Source: an uncultured virus (IMG/VR IMGVR_UViG_3300042691_024885)
Taxonomy: Duplodnaviria > Heunggongvirae > Uroviricota > Caudoviricetes
Length of the DNA: 64,000 nt
IMG/VR virus record: IMGVR_UViG_3300042691_024885
Strand: one strand, 5' to 3'
The notes under the pieces were generated by a model, which saw nothing but the letters and a program-made list of their open reading frames with translations, ran no database searches and was not told the DNA's origin. Shown one piece after another: positions 43,258-52,915 of this stretch. The position numbers and the translations under genes were made by a program. Positions within the stretch are counted from its first letter, which is position 1, and each line of letters begins with the position of its first letter.

Positions 43258-45009
43258 TTATGTTTTTATAACATTAATTGTTAAATTTATTTTTGTTACG
43301 GTTGATGCCGATAAAACATTAAAAGCAACTATATCACCAACCGAAAAATTAGTTGTCCATCCACTTAAAGTGGTGTCTTGATTAATTTGTTGAGAACTTA
43401 ATGAAGGATAGTTTCCTCCTGTTATTGAATCTGCAACTGTAGGTGGAAAATTACCATAAGAATCTTTCCATATATCAACAGAAGTGGATCCAGACTGATC
43501 CCCAATTATTACCCATCCTGTAATATATCCATTATAAGGTAAAGATAAATAATTCTTCAACCCTGTTGTAATAACAGACCCACCACCATCTATCGTTATA
43601 CCAAAAGATCCTAGAGTGACGCCTGTAGATGTAAAACCACTTACATTAAATGTACCTCCCGTATTATTTGTAAAAATCGCAGTTCCATTTGAATACGTAC
43701 CACCCGTAACAAATACATCAACACCTGACGTTCCACCTGTTGTAAAACCTGTAACAGTAAATGTGCCTCCAGTATTATTAGTAAAAATCGCAGTACCACC
43801 TGAATACGTTCCTCCTGTTACAAAAACATCCAAAGGTAAATTTTGATATGTTGTTGCAGATATTGTTGTCGCAGTTAAACCTTGGGTGAAAATTGTATTA
43901 CCGGTTACTGTACCACCACTTAAAGGTAAATATTCACCACTAATGACTGATGTTGATCCTGTTGTTAATCCTGTTACGTCAAAAGTACCCCCTGTTATGT
44001 TTGTAAAAGTTATTGTTCCTGCAGAATAAGTCCCTCCTGTTACAAATACATCAGTTCCTCCCGTGTAAAATCCTGAAACATTAAATGTCCCTCCCGTATT
44101 ATTTGTAAATATTGCAGTTCCTGATGAATATGTTCCTCCTGTTACAAATACATCAGTCCCAGATGTTCCGCCTGTTGTAAATCCACTAACATTAAATGTT
44201 CCGCCTGTATTGTTTGTAAAAGTTGCGATTCCCGTTGAATTGTTATATGTCCCACCAGTTACATAAACATCTGTAAAACCTGTTATGGTTATTGTACCTC
44301 CTGTTGAATTTAAAGATAATGTCCCCGTGTTATAATTAAATGTACCCCCAGTAATGGAATCACCACCGCTACCACCTGAAATACCTGTTATATTTACTGT
44401 ACCTCCCGTTATGTTAACTAACGTGAGTGTACCCATACTATAGGATCCTCCCGTTATTGAAAGATTATTTCCATAATATTTTTTCCAAACAGCATTAGGT
44501 CTAGTTACTCCACTAACACCATCAATAGTATTTGCAGTCCAACCACTAATAAATGCAATACCTTCAGGTGAATTTGCCTTTACTGTTGTACCAAAATCTG
44601 ATATTACAACTGTTGACCCACCAACACCTGTTGCTCCTGTGGCTGAATTCCATAAAGACTCATAGTTATCAATGTTGTATTGATATACTTGATCCTCATT
44701 TTTTACATAAACCAACATACCAATTTTTCTTCTACCCGAAGAAATATTATCAGGACTTAAAGTTAGAGTGTCTAATGAAAATGTCGTCCCACTACCCTTT
44801 GAAAACATTATAGGTATTGAATTACCTGAAAAATTAATTGCTCCGTATGTTGAGGGTGGTATTGTATAATATAATTGATCAAGTGAATATACTTCCATGT
44901 ATCCACCTGTAGATAGGGTACTAAAATTTGTACCAAAAGACTTATCTCTTGACACACTTTGTGTGCCAATTATTTGTATCGGTGTTATTGGATTCTTATA
45001 TGGAAACAT
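43258..45009 (-). CDS. Fibre protein with TGGT repeats
   Basis: Repeats 'DVFVTGGTYSxGTAIFTNNTGGTFNVSGF' and a C-terminal 'ITIDGGGSVITTG...VDIWK...FPPTVADSI' domain. Confidence 0.7.
   Translation of the reverse strand: MFPYKNPITPIQIIGTQSVSRDKSFGTNFSTLSTGGYMEVYSLDQLYYTIPPSTYGAINFSGNSIPIMFSKGSGTTFSLDTLTLSPDNISSGRRKIGMLVYVKNEDQVYQYNIDNYESLWNSATGATGVGGSTVVISDFGTTVKANSPEGIAFISGWTANTIDGVSGVTRPNAVWKKYYGNNLSITGGSYSMGTLTLVNITGGTVNITGISGGSGGDSITGGTFNYNTGTLSLNSTGGTITITGFTDVYVTGGTYNNSTGIATFTNNTGGTFNVSGFTTGGTSGTDVFVTGGTYSSGTAIFTNNTGGTFNVSGFYTGGTDVFVTGGTYSAGTITFTNITGGTFDVTGLTTGSTSVISGEYLPLSGGTVTGNTIFTQGLTATTISATTYQNLPLDVFVTGGTYSGGTAIFTNNTGGTFTVTGFTTGGTSGVDVFVTGGTYSNGTAIFTNNTGGTFNVSGFTSTGVTLGSFGITIDGGGSVITTGLKNYLSLPYNGYITGWVIIGDQSGSTSVDIWKDSYGNFPPTVADSITGGNYPSLSSQQINQDTTLSGWTTNFSVGDIVAFNVLSASTVTKINLTINVIKT
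43625..44290 (-). repeat. Intragenic ~100-bp tandem repeats encoding the TGGT units
   Basis: Recurrent DNA such as 'acattaaatgt(a/c/t)cc(t/g)cc(c/t)gtatt(a/g)tttgtaaa' and 'cctcctgttacaaatacatcagt'. Confidence 0.7.
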
Positions 45010-45015
45010 ACATAA

Positions 45016-46224
45016 TTACGGGCTTACTACACTACCTCTAAAATAAATATCGTTTAATGTATTATCTAACAAGAAATCATTAGATGGATACGTTGTATAA
45101 ACTCTATAAGTAACAGGAGGTATTGTTGATCCTGTATATGTAAATGTGTTAACACTTATTGTTGGTTCGGTTAAAACACTTGTAAAAATATTTGGATTTG
45201 ATAAGCTAACATCAATTTCACTCTGATAATTAAAATTAGTTAAACCTATTGGGATTAACCAAGTATACCATGCGTTTGTTGATATCGTTCCAGCAGAGAC
45301 CTGAACAGTTTCAAAATTGTATGAAACAATAGGATTACCAAATGAATCAACACCTCCTGTCACTTGTGGTACGTTTGATGTTATAATAGTTGGTAATTCA
45401 CCATTTGTCCAACCAGAATAGTCAAGATATAAATTAAGTTCATTATCAAAATCAATAGCGTTTACGCTAGGTTGAGTTGTGTTTGAGAACCCAAAGAATT
45501 GAGGTGAACTATTTGAATACATATAATTCCCTATTGATGTGGATGCGGTCAATGGTTCAATTATTAGGTATGCAAATCCTGTTGTTGGAGTTGAAGATGG
45601 AGTAACCGTAGGAGTGTTAGTTGGTGTATTTGTAGGTGTTAACGATATTGTAGGTGTTACGGAAATTGTTGGCGTATTTGTAGGTGTGTTAGTTGGTGTT
45701 AATGATATCGTTGGTGTATTTGTAGGTGTTGTTGTTGGGGTTGGTGTAGGATCTGGACAACTATTTGAAATACATAGACCACCAACCGTTATGGAAACTT
45801 GGTCAGGTAATGTTGGATTAGAACCACAAACATATATTGTCATATCTGCCGGAACCGGAATTTTTTCAATTAGTACTCCATCACAATCCACATAGTAGAA
45901 TGAACCTGTTGTCATGCCTGTGTTAACTGCGGTTATGCAATAACATAGATCTGTTGGTGTTGGAGTTGGTGTTGGAGTATATGTTGGTGTTGGAGTTGGA
46001 GTAACGGGACAAGAAAAAGGTTCAAAGTACTCACAACCCGTTGAATCAATTATTTTAACAATTATTGAAACCGCACCATCCAATGGAGGAGGAGGGTTAA
46101 ATGTAAATGTTGGAGGTATTGTTGTGGATCCTGTTACAAGATAACAATATGATAATGTTTGATCACAAACATATACCGAATATGGAGGTGTTCCCGTTGC
46201 CCCTGTTATTTGTATTTCAGTCAT
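45016..46224 (-). CDS. Modular Cys-rich structural protein with Pro-Thr linkers
   Basis: N-terminal YVC module, a CYC module and long TPT(N/P) tracts. Confidence 0.7.
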   Translation of the reverse strand: MTEIQITGATGTPPYSVYVCDQTLSYCYLVTGSTTIPPTFTFNPPPPLDGAVSIIVKIIDSTGCEYFEPFSCPVTPTPTPTYTPTPTPTPTDLCYCITAVNTGMTTGSFYYVDCDGVLIEKIPVPADMTIYVCGSNPTLPDQVSITVGGLCISNSCPDPTPTPTTTPTNTPTISLTPTNTPTNTPTISVTPTISLTPTNTPTNTPTVTPSSTPTTGFAYLIIEPLTASTSIGNYMYSNSSPQFFGFSNTTQPSVNAIDFDNELNLYLDYSGWTNGELPTIITSNVPQVTGGVDSFGNPIVSYNFETVQVSAGTISTNAWYTWLIPIGLTNFNYQSEIDVSLSNPNIFTSVLTEPTISVNTFTYTGSTIPPVTYRVYTTYPSNDFLLDNTLNDIYFRGSVVSP

Positions 46225-46226
46225 TA

Positions 46227-47336
46227 TTACATTATAATACTTTCAGTTGATGAAGGAGTTGGAGTGTTTGTTGGAGTTACCGTTGGAGTAACACAAGGGC
46301 AATCAATAAATACAACATTGATTGAATTACCAACAGGAACCGTATTTGATTTTACGGTTATTGTAGATCCTCCGTTTATGTTTACGATCTGACCTAAATT
46401 TGTTGTACAATTTGTAATACCGAATGTATTTGCACTAAATAATAAATTCGTTACTTGGTATTCACAACAAACTTGTGGTGTTGGTGATGGTGTTAGTGTT
46501 GGTGTTGGAGTAACAGTTGGTGTAGGGGTTGGAGTTGTCGTTGGAACGCAAGTACTACATCCACCATCTACCTCAAGACCAAGTTCACTATTTAATGTGA
46601 TACTTTCAACACCACTAATTGTATCTATATTTCCAATATATACAACACAAACGTTTATCTCATTAATTGTTGCGTCATATACCATACCAATAGTTGGAGT
46701 CCCACCTGTTGGATTTAAAACAACATCACTTGTTGAATATACATACCCATTCGCACAATCTCTAAATTGTTTACTTGTTGCACATCTAATATAATCATCC
46801 AATGTGTTAAAAGTAGCAATACCTGTATAATTACAAGGTCTGGTAACTTCAGGGGATGGTGTTGGGGTTTGAGTTGCCGTTGGTGTTGGGGTTGGAGTAT
46901 ATGTCAAACCACTTACCGCAATTCCTCTACCACCACAAGGAGATGTTGGAGTTGGGGTTGGAGTTAAAGTTGATGTGGGTGTAACAGTAGGTGTTGGTGA
47001 TGGTGTGACTGGTACATCACAATCAAATATTGCATCAAAATCCACATTACAAGGTGGTGTAGGTGATGGTGTTGGTGAAGGACAAGGGCCAACATTAAAG
47101 AAGTCCTCACAAAGATCTGGACAAACTGACAAACAAGGTGATTTACCAAACAATAAACAAGTTGGATCACCTAATGAAGTTGCCAAACACCATCTTGTTT
47201 GTCCTGTTGAATAATATAATGTATATGTGTCCCCTGTATAATAGTCATAACCATCATAAGTTCCCGCGGAAAAATAACCACCATCATAGTTGGTTCCCGT
47301 CCCACTAATACAATATTCTGTTGCGCAAGTTAACAT
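46227..47336 (-). CDS. Modular Cys-rich structural protein with Pro-Thr linkers
   Basis: Multiple TPTPTP tracts separating small Cys-rich domains. Confidence 0.7.
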   Translation of the reverse strand: MLTCATEYCISGTGTNYDGGYFSAGTYDGYDYYTGDTYTLYYSTGQTRWCLATSLGDPTCLLFGKSPCLSVCPDLCEDFFNVGPCPSPTPSPTPPCNVDFDAIFDCDVPVTPSPTPTVTPTSTLTPTPTPTSPCGGRGIAVSGLTYTPTPTPTATQTPTPSPEVTRPCNYTGIATFNTLDDYIRCATSKQFRDCANGYVYSTSDVVLNPTGGTPTIGMVYDATINEINVCVVYIGNIDTISGVESITLNSELGLEVDGGCSTCVPTTTPTPTPTVTPTPTLTPSPTPQVCCEYQVTNLLFSANTFGITNCTTNLGQIVNINGGSTITVKSNTVPVGNSINVVFIDCPCVTPTVTPTNTPTPSSTESIIM

Positions 47337-47338
47337 AT

Positions 47339-47560
47339 TTATACGGTTACTGTATCAAAAATTATACATTCATCATCATCCACCACTTTAACAACAAAAT
47401 CAGTCAGGGTTAAATATACTGGGGGAATCTCAAATGTGTAAGGTAAATCACCACTTGTAATTGTTGAAACGTAGATACAAGTTGTTAGTCCTGTATTACA
47501 AACGTATACATCAAATGGTGTTGAACCTGAAATATTGGTTATTGTGATATCTGTTGGCAT
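47339..47560 (-). CDS. Small stand-alone YVC-module protein
   Basis: 'PFDVYVC....C...P...PP.....VKVVD..EC'; TATTTAT motif 5 nt upstream on the minus strand. Confidence 0.7.
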   Translation of the reverse strand: MPTDITITNISGSTPFDVYVCNTGLTTCIYVSTITSGDLPYTFEIPPVYLTLTDFVVKVVDDDECIIFDTVTV

Positions 47561-47633
47561 CTTACATAAATATAATGGAAGACAAAAACTTGTGAAGTTG
47601 ATTAATTGATATTTTAAACTTATATTATGATAT

Positions 47634-48536
47634 ATGGATGAAAATGAATCACTTGTTGAGTTGTTGGAAGAAGTTTTTGGTGATCATGGGTTACATTACC
47701 CAAATCGCGGCCAAATTTCCTTTAATTGTCCTCAATGTGATGAAGGAAGAAATAAACACAATTTGGAAGTTAATTATTTTAACAATGTGTTCCACTGTTG
47801 GGCGTGTGGGGATACTGAAGGTACTCACGGGCATCTTGGAAAATTGTTTGATCTATATGGTAATAAGAAACAAAAAAAATTATTCAGAGTTTTATGTCCT
47901 GATAATAGAGAAAAAATAGTTAAAGTAAAAAAACCAAAAGTAGTTCTACCTGATAACTTTACTCTATTCAAAGACTCCCATCCCGTATATCCTGTTAGAA
48001 AACAAGCCATAAATTACCTACATAATCGGGGAATTTCCGATTATATGATTGAAAAATATCAAATTGGTTTTTGTGATAAAGGAAGTCATGCTGGTAGAAT
48101 TATAATTCCATCATATGGTTTAAATGGTGAGTTAAATTATTATATTGGTAGAAGTTGGGATCCAAATAGTAGAGCCAAATATCGTAATCCTGAGGCAGAG
48201 AAAGAAAAGATTATTTTTTGGGAAAACTTAATTGATTGGAATAAAGATATCTATCTTGTTGAGGGAGCATTTGATGGTATGTTCTTGGACAATCCTGTTG
48301 TAATGTTGGGTAAACATATGTCGGAATTATTGTTTGAAACAATCTATGAAAAGGCGAATGGAAATGTTATCATATGTCTTGATGGTGATGCTTGGAATAA
48401 CGCTGTTAAATTATATCACGAATTAAATGGCGGAAAATTGTGGGGTAAAGTTAAAATTTTAAAATTACCCAAAGATAGAGATGTCTGTGATTTAAAAGGA
48501 CAGATTGATGAATATTATTATGAAATAAGAGATTAA
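47634..48536 (+). CDS. dnaG: DNA primase (Zn finger plus TOPRIM)
   Basis: 'CPQC...HCWAC', 'RIIIP', 'YLVEGAFD' and 'CLDGDA'. Confidence 0.88.
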   Translation: MDENESLVELLEEVFGDHGLHYPNRGQISFNCPQCDEGRNKHNLEVNYFNNVFHCWACGDTEGTHGHLGKLFDLYGNKKQKKLFRVLCPDNREKIVKVKKPKVVLPDNFTLFKDSHPVYPVRKQAINYLHNRGISDYMIEKYQIGFCDKGSHAGRIIIPSYGLNGELNYYIGRSWDPNSRAKYRNPEAEKEKIIFWENLIDWNKDIYLVEGAFDGMFLDNPVVMLGKHMSELLFETIYEKANGNVIICLDGDAWNNAVKLYHELNGGKLWGKVKILKLPKDRDVCDLKGQIDEYYYEIRD

Positions 48537-48537
48537 T

Positions 48538-49395
48538 ATGGATTTATATAAAATAAGAGATGAAATAAACGAAATCATCAAAAACAAACAAAATGAATTG
48601 TGTCTTACTTTTGAGGAAGATACTCACACATATACAATGAAAGATCTTGATGGTAATCTTAGATCTGATTGGCCTTCTGTGTCAAAAGTCATGAAATTAT
48701 TTTATGAAGAATTTGATTCTGAAGGTATTGCACATAAAAAGGCTAAAGGGGATCCAGAAGAAAAGGATAGATTATTGAAAGAGTGGGCAGATGCTGGAAC
48801 ATACTCAACAAATATGGGTTCTAGAGTTCACTTTTTTCTTGAACAAAAATCTTTAGAGATGTTTGGGATTGATAAAGAAGTTAGACAACCAATTTTTGAT
48901 TGTGATTTTACACAAATTTTAAAAGGTGACTCAATGATTCATGCGGGGACAAACTTTTTAGAATTGATGAAAGAAAGAGGGGGGGTATTACTTGATACCG
49001 AGATTGTTTTTGGTTCTAATGAATTAGAATATACCGGACAAGCGGATACTGGTTGGTTATTTTTTAATAAAGAAAAAACTGAAATTGGTATCGTTATAAC
49101 GGATTATAAGACAAACAAAAAGAAAAACTTTGAGGCAAACAATTTTACAAAAAAAATGAAGTATCCTTTTAACAATATTGATGATACTGCTCTTGGTCAT
49201 TATTTTACACAATTACCTTTTTATGGTAAACTATTCTTAGATATGTTGAAAGGATCTAAATACGAACATATTAAGTTGTATGGTTGTATTATTGTTCATT
49301 TAAGTGATGATGGTAAATTTGAAGAATTTAGAATACCAAAAGATGTTATTAATACAATATTGAATATGGATATTAAAAAGTATTTGACAAAATAA
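48538..49395 (+). CDS. PD-(D/E)XK exonuclease (Cas4/RecB-like)
   Basis: 'SVSKV', 'GSRVH..LE', 'GQAD', 'ITDYKTNK' and 'QLPFY'. Confidence 0.8.
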   Translation: MDLYKIRDEINEIIKNKQNELCLTFEEDTHTYTMKDLDGNLRSDWPSVSKVMKLFYEEFDSEGIAHKKAKGDPEEKDRLLKEWADAGTYSTNMGSRVHFFLEQKSLEMFGIDKEVRQPIFDCDFTQILKGDSMIHAGTNFLELMKERGGVLLDTEIVFGSNELEYTGQADTGWLFFNKEKTEIGIVITDYKTNKKKNFEANNFTKKMKYPFNNIDDTALGHYFTQLPFYGKLFLDMLKGSKYEHIKLYGCIIVHLSDDGKFEEFRIPKDVINTILNMDIKKYLTK

Positions 49396-49417
49396 ACTTA
49401 ATAAATTATATTACATT

Positions 49418-49507
49418 ATGGAATCAGAGATTACAATTGCTTGGTGGTATAACACCACTTGGGATTATCAAATAGGTAAAATAAACATCAACTATATAGT
49501 AAAATGA
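49418..49507 (+). CDS. Micro-ORF (29 aa, MESEITIAWWYNTTWDYQIGKININYIVK)
   Basis: Follows a putative promoter; its TGA overlaps the next ATG. Confidence 0.5.
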   Translation: MESEITIAWWYNTTWDYQIGKININYIVK

Positions 49508-49758
49508 AAATCAGAATGAGTAAAACTTATACGGTTTACGAACTTTATGACGAAATTGAGGTCAATAAAGAAGATTACCCCGAACTTGAAGGTATGTCAG
49601 ATAAAGACGCTTTAGAATATCTTAAAGATAATTTGCATGAATTTGAAATTAAAGATGGGTATGAAGGGTCTTTAGCGAATGAATTTGAATTCGGTAAATA
49701 CGTTATCAAAGACGAACAATTTGATGAAAAATATGAACTTTATTTAATAGAAGAATAA
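49504..49758 (+). CDS. Hypothetical acidic protein
   Basis: ORF within an operon. Confidence 0.65.
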   Translation: MKIRMSKTYTVYELYDEIEVNKEDYPELEGMSDKDALEYLKDNLHEFEIKDGYEGSLANEFEFGKYVIKDEQFDEKYELYLIEE

Positions 49759-49759
49759 G

Positions 49760-49972
49760 ATGGAAGATATTATTAGACCAAAAATTGATTTAAGAACACA
49801 AGAAACAGTTCACTGTGAAAAGTGTCACGGAAAGTTCTTCAAAGAAGTTGTCATGTTAAAAAAAGTACCTAAACTTTTAACAGGTAGTCCAGAAGATACT
49901 ATGGTGCCATTTCCGACTTATATGTGTAACGGATGCGGTCATGTTAATATTGATTTTCAATTATTTGATTAA
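49760..49972 (+). CDS. Small Zn-ribbon protein
   Basis: CEKC ... CNGCGH. Confidence 0.75.
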   Translation: MEDIIRPKIDLRTQETVHCEKCHGKFFKEVVMLKKVPKLLTGSPEDTMVPFPTYMCNGCGHVNIDFQLFD

Positions 49973-49973
49973 A

Positions 49974-50120
49974 ATGGAAATAGGTAAGATGACAATATCG
50001 GAAGCGTATCCCCATCTAAAGATGGTTGCAAATACCTATGGATTAAATTTAAATAGGGTTAAAGAATTTAAATTTGCTAGAATAATACTTGTAAACCTTT
50101 ATAATAGAGAGCTTGTATGA
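49974..50120 (+). CDS. Small hypothetical protein (48 aa, MEIGKMTISEAYPHLK...), not in the ORF track
   Basis: Fills the gap exactly; ATGA overlap with 50117. Confidence 0.6.
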   Translation: MEIGKMTISEAYPHLKMVANTYGLNLNRVKEFKFARIILVNLYNRELV

Positions 50121-50383
50121 CACATAAAGAATTTTATATTTGGTTGGAAGGGTATCTATATGGTAAATTAGAAAATAAACATATAGATATCTCACCAATT
50201 GTTGAAAAGATGGGAGAAGTTAGAGATGAACCAAAAATTGGAATTGCAGAACCTTATACAATACCGGTACCAGTTAACCCCTTCCCAAGACCAAATGACC
50301 CATTTAGACCACCATATGAAATATATTGTGGAACAAATAAACAAGACGATAATTCAGATCGTCAACCAAAAAATGTAATATGA
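50117..50383 (+). CDS. Hypothetical protein
   Basis: 'EFYIWLEGY' N-terminus and Pro-rich tail; overlapping starts and stops with neighbours. Confidence 0.7.
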   Translation: MTHKEFYIWLEGYLYGKLENKHIDISPIVEKMGEVRDEPKIGIAEPYTIPVPVNPFPRPNDPFRPPYEIYCGTNKQDDNSDRQPKNVI

Positions 50384-51114
50384 AATTAAAAGAATTAATT
50401 GAAATTGTAAAATTAACCAAAAAAGAAGATGTATATATGGATAACACTTTGTATGGTAAAAATTTAGAAAAATACAAAGATATTATAATGAATACTGACG
50501 AATTTAAAGAATGTGAGTCTTTAGAAATTATTGAATATCCTATAGTTAAATCTAGAAATGGTGAGGGATTGAAACCATATACAATTAAGTTGTCAGACCT
50601 TATGAAATTTAAAGGTAAATGTTATCTATTGTCACTAAATTTAACGCCTGAAATGTATGACCCAAATCAATTACTTAAACCTGTTAAGAATGGTGCCGCT
50701 ATGGGACCAACAATTTATGACCCATCAACATTTGAACCAAGAAAACACATTTTACTAACTTGGTCACCCGAAATGTCTCAAGACATATCAGGGGTTAATG
50801 ATGAATTAACATTAAGAAATGATATACACAAGTTATTGGATGATGTATTGGACAACCCAGAAGAATACAAAACTAAAGGTTTTCGGGCTGTTTTAGTTAG
50901 AGGTTTATTTGAAGTTGTTGAAGATGGTGAGAATACCGAAGTAAAAGAGTATGATATTGATTTAAAAAAGAATGAATCAGATGATAATGAAACAAAAGAA
51001 AGGCTTGATAATATTTTGAAAAAAAATAAGGAGATTGAAGACAGAATCTCCAAAGCAGAGGAATTTGAAAACAAACTAAAAGAAATGTTTAAAAAATCAA
51101 AAGATGGTAAATAA
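50380..51114 (+). CDS. Hypothetical protein
   Basis: 244-aa ORF within an operon. Confidence 0.7.
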   Translation: MKLKELIEIVKLTKKEDVYMDNTLYGKNLEKYKDIIMNTDEFKECESLEIIEYPIVKSRNGEGLKPYTIKLSDLMKFKGKCYLLSLNLTPEMYDPNQLLKPVKNGAAMGPTIYDPSTFEPRKHILLTWSPEMSQDISGVNDELTLRNDIHKLLDDVLDNPEEYKTKGFRAVLVRGLFEVVEDGENTEVKEYDIDLKKNESDDNETKERLDNILKKNKEIEDRISKAEEFENKLKEMFKKSKDGK

Positions 51115-51883
51115 ATTAGTGCACTTTTCAGATCTTCATTTAAGATTGTTCAAAGACCACGACTTGTATAAATCAATTATGGAAGATGCGATTAGTCAGT
51201 GGAAAGAATTAAAACCGGATAGGATTGTCTTTACTGGAGATTTAGTTCATTCAAAAAATCAACTAACACCAGAACTTATTGATATGGTTAGTTGGATATT
51301 ATCAGAATGTGTGAAAATTGCAAAAATTATCATTATTCCTGGAAATCACGACTTTCTTGTGAATAACACAGAAAGGCTTGACGCTTTAACGCCAATTATT
51401 TCTTCACTTGATAACCCAAATATTTACTACTACAAAGGTAGGGGTGTGTATGAAGATGAGAATATAAGTTGGTGTGTTTATTCACAGTATCAAGGGAACA
51501 TTCCACCTGATTTGAATGTTGCAACAGGGATTAAAGTAGGGTTATTTCATGGACCAATACAAGGAATGACGACAGATCTTGGATATGATTTCGGAGATCA
51601 TGCGTATGATATGGAAAAATTTGATGGTCTTGATATTGTATTGTGTGGGGATATCCATAAAAGACAAGAGTTTAGTTTTAAAACAGGTAAAGGGTATATG
51701 ATTGGATCAACAATACAGCAGAATGTTGGTGAAAGTATTGGAAGACATGGATATGGTATTTATGATGTGGAAACCAATCAGTACAGTTATGTTGACCTAT
51801 TCAACCCAAGACCATTTTTGAAATTTTCCATAAAATCATTTGAAGATATTGAAAATGGAACCGAATTACTCAAAAATCTTTAG
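51104..51883 (+). CDS. sbcD: Mre11/SbcD-like metallophosphoesterase nuclease (short)
   Basis: 'SDLH', 'TGDLVH', 'PGNHD', 'FHG' and 'GDIHK'; SbcC lies downstream. Confidence 0.85.
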   Translation: MVNKLVHFSDLHLRLFKDHDLYKSIMEDAISQWKELKPDRIVFTGDLVHSKNQLTPELIDMVSWILSECVKIAKIIIIPGNHDFLVNNTERLDALTPIISSLDNPNIYYYKGRGVYEDENISWCVYSQYQGNIPPDLNVATGIKVGLFHGPIQGMTTDLGYDFGDHAYDMEKFDGLDIVLCGDIHKRQEFSFKTGKGYMIGSTIQQNVGESIGRHGYGIYDVETNQYSYVDLFNPRPFLKFSIKSFEDIENGTELLKNL

Positions 51884-52544
51884 TAACAAAATAGTGCAGG
51901 CAGTGTCTGCATATTGTAAACTCAATAATATTGAAGATGTTAACGGGTTTATAAAGAAATGTTTTGAATCAGGGTTCAATATTGAAAAGTATGGATTATT
52001 GGGAGAAACACTTAATGAAGGTGAAAAACACTTAAAAATAGACGGGATTGAAGAAAAATGGGTGGAAAAAGAGGTAATAGTTGAAAAACGAGTGGAAATA
52101 CCTGTTGAAGTCATCAGAGAGGTTGAAAAAATTGTTGAGGTTCCTGTTGAAGTGATTAAGGAAGTTGTTGTGGAAAAAGTTGTCACAAAAGTAGAATATA
52201 TTTGTGACAAAACAACAGAAGATGAACTTGGAAAAAAAGTTGCCGAATTGATGAATGAAATGTCTAAAAAGGATAAAGAATTAGACGAACTTAGACGTAA
52301 TTTAGACATTCTTTTAGACAAACCACCGGTTGAGATCATTAAAGAAGTAGAAGTAATAAAGGAAGTGGAGAATAATGAAAAATTAAAAATGTTATCCGAT
52401 ACTTTACAGAAATTGAGAAAAGAACTATCATTAAAAGAAGAAAAAATAAAAGAATTGGAAACAATAAATAAACAATTAGAATCAATTAAGGTAAGTCAAG
52501 GTGCAGTTTATCTTAAGGGGTCAAATTTAACACAAAGATTATAA
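51855..52544 (+). CDS. Coiled-coil protein with EVPVEVIKEV repeats
   Basis: Val/Glu/Lys-rich repeats; the ATG at 51855 is the likely start. Confidence 0.65.
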   Translation: MEPNYSKIFSNKIVQAVSAYCKLNNIEDVNGFIKKCFESGFNIEKYGLLGETLNEGEKHLKIDGIEEKWVEKEVIVEKRVEIPVEVIREVEKIVEVPVEVIKEVVVEKVVTKVEYICDKTTEDELGKKVAELMNEMSKKDKELDELRRNLDILLDKPPVEIIKEVEVIKEVENNEKLKMLSDTLQKLRKELSLKEEKIKELETINKQLESIKVSQGAVYLKGSNLTQRL

Positions 52545-52545
52545 T

Positions 52546-52905
52546 ATGACAATTAACATTTTAACATGGTTCATTTTAAGTTATGGGCTTATGAACATTA
52601 TGGTTTTTTCCTCAATTTTTGCGGGATTAAGAAATTTTTTTAAAAAATGGGGAGAAAATGAATACGCCCCATTAAGACCATTTGGTGAATTTATATCTGG
52701 AATTCTATCTTGTCCTATGTGTTTTGGATTTCACGGAGGATGGTTTTTATCGTTGGTTATATTTTCACCAACATTTGATTTATTTGGAACACCAGTAGGT
52801 ATTAGTTGGTTTTTTGATGGTATTTTATCATCAGGATCGGTATGGGCGATAAATGCAATAATAGAATGGTTTGAAGAAAATAGACCAAATAATAATGTTT
52901 TATAA
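52546..52905 (+). CDS. Small membrane protein, DUF1360-like
   Basis: Hydrophobic helices around 'ILSCPMCFGFHGG'. Confidence 0.6.
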   Translation: MTINILTWFILSYGLMNIMVFSSIFAGLRNFFKKWGENEYAPLRPFGEFISGILSCPMCFGFHGGWFLSLVIFSPTFDLFGTPVGISWFFDGILSSGSVWAINAIIEWFEENRPNNNVL

Positions 52906-52915
52906 TTAAAAAAAA

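Noticed and set aside
43625..44290. CRISPR-like periodic repeats
   Set aside because: The repeats are in-frame coding units with synonymous variation and no unique spacers. The PD-(D/E)XK nuclease has no cas neighbours.
45539..47214. Plus-strand Val/Gly-rich ORFs (45539-45895, 46597-46794, 46767-46967, 46975-47214)
   Set aside because: They are antisense shadows of Pro-Thr repeat codons in the real minus-strand genes.
37333..47633. Invertible segment (shufflon) explaining the minus-strand block
   Set aside because: No copy of the 37333 palindrome was found at the 47561-47633 boundary, and no invertase gene is in the window.
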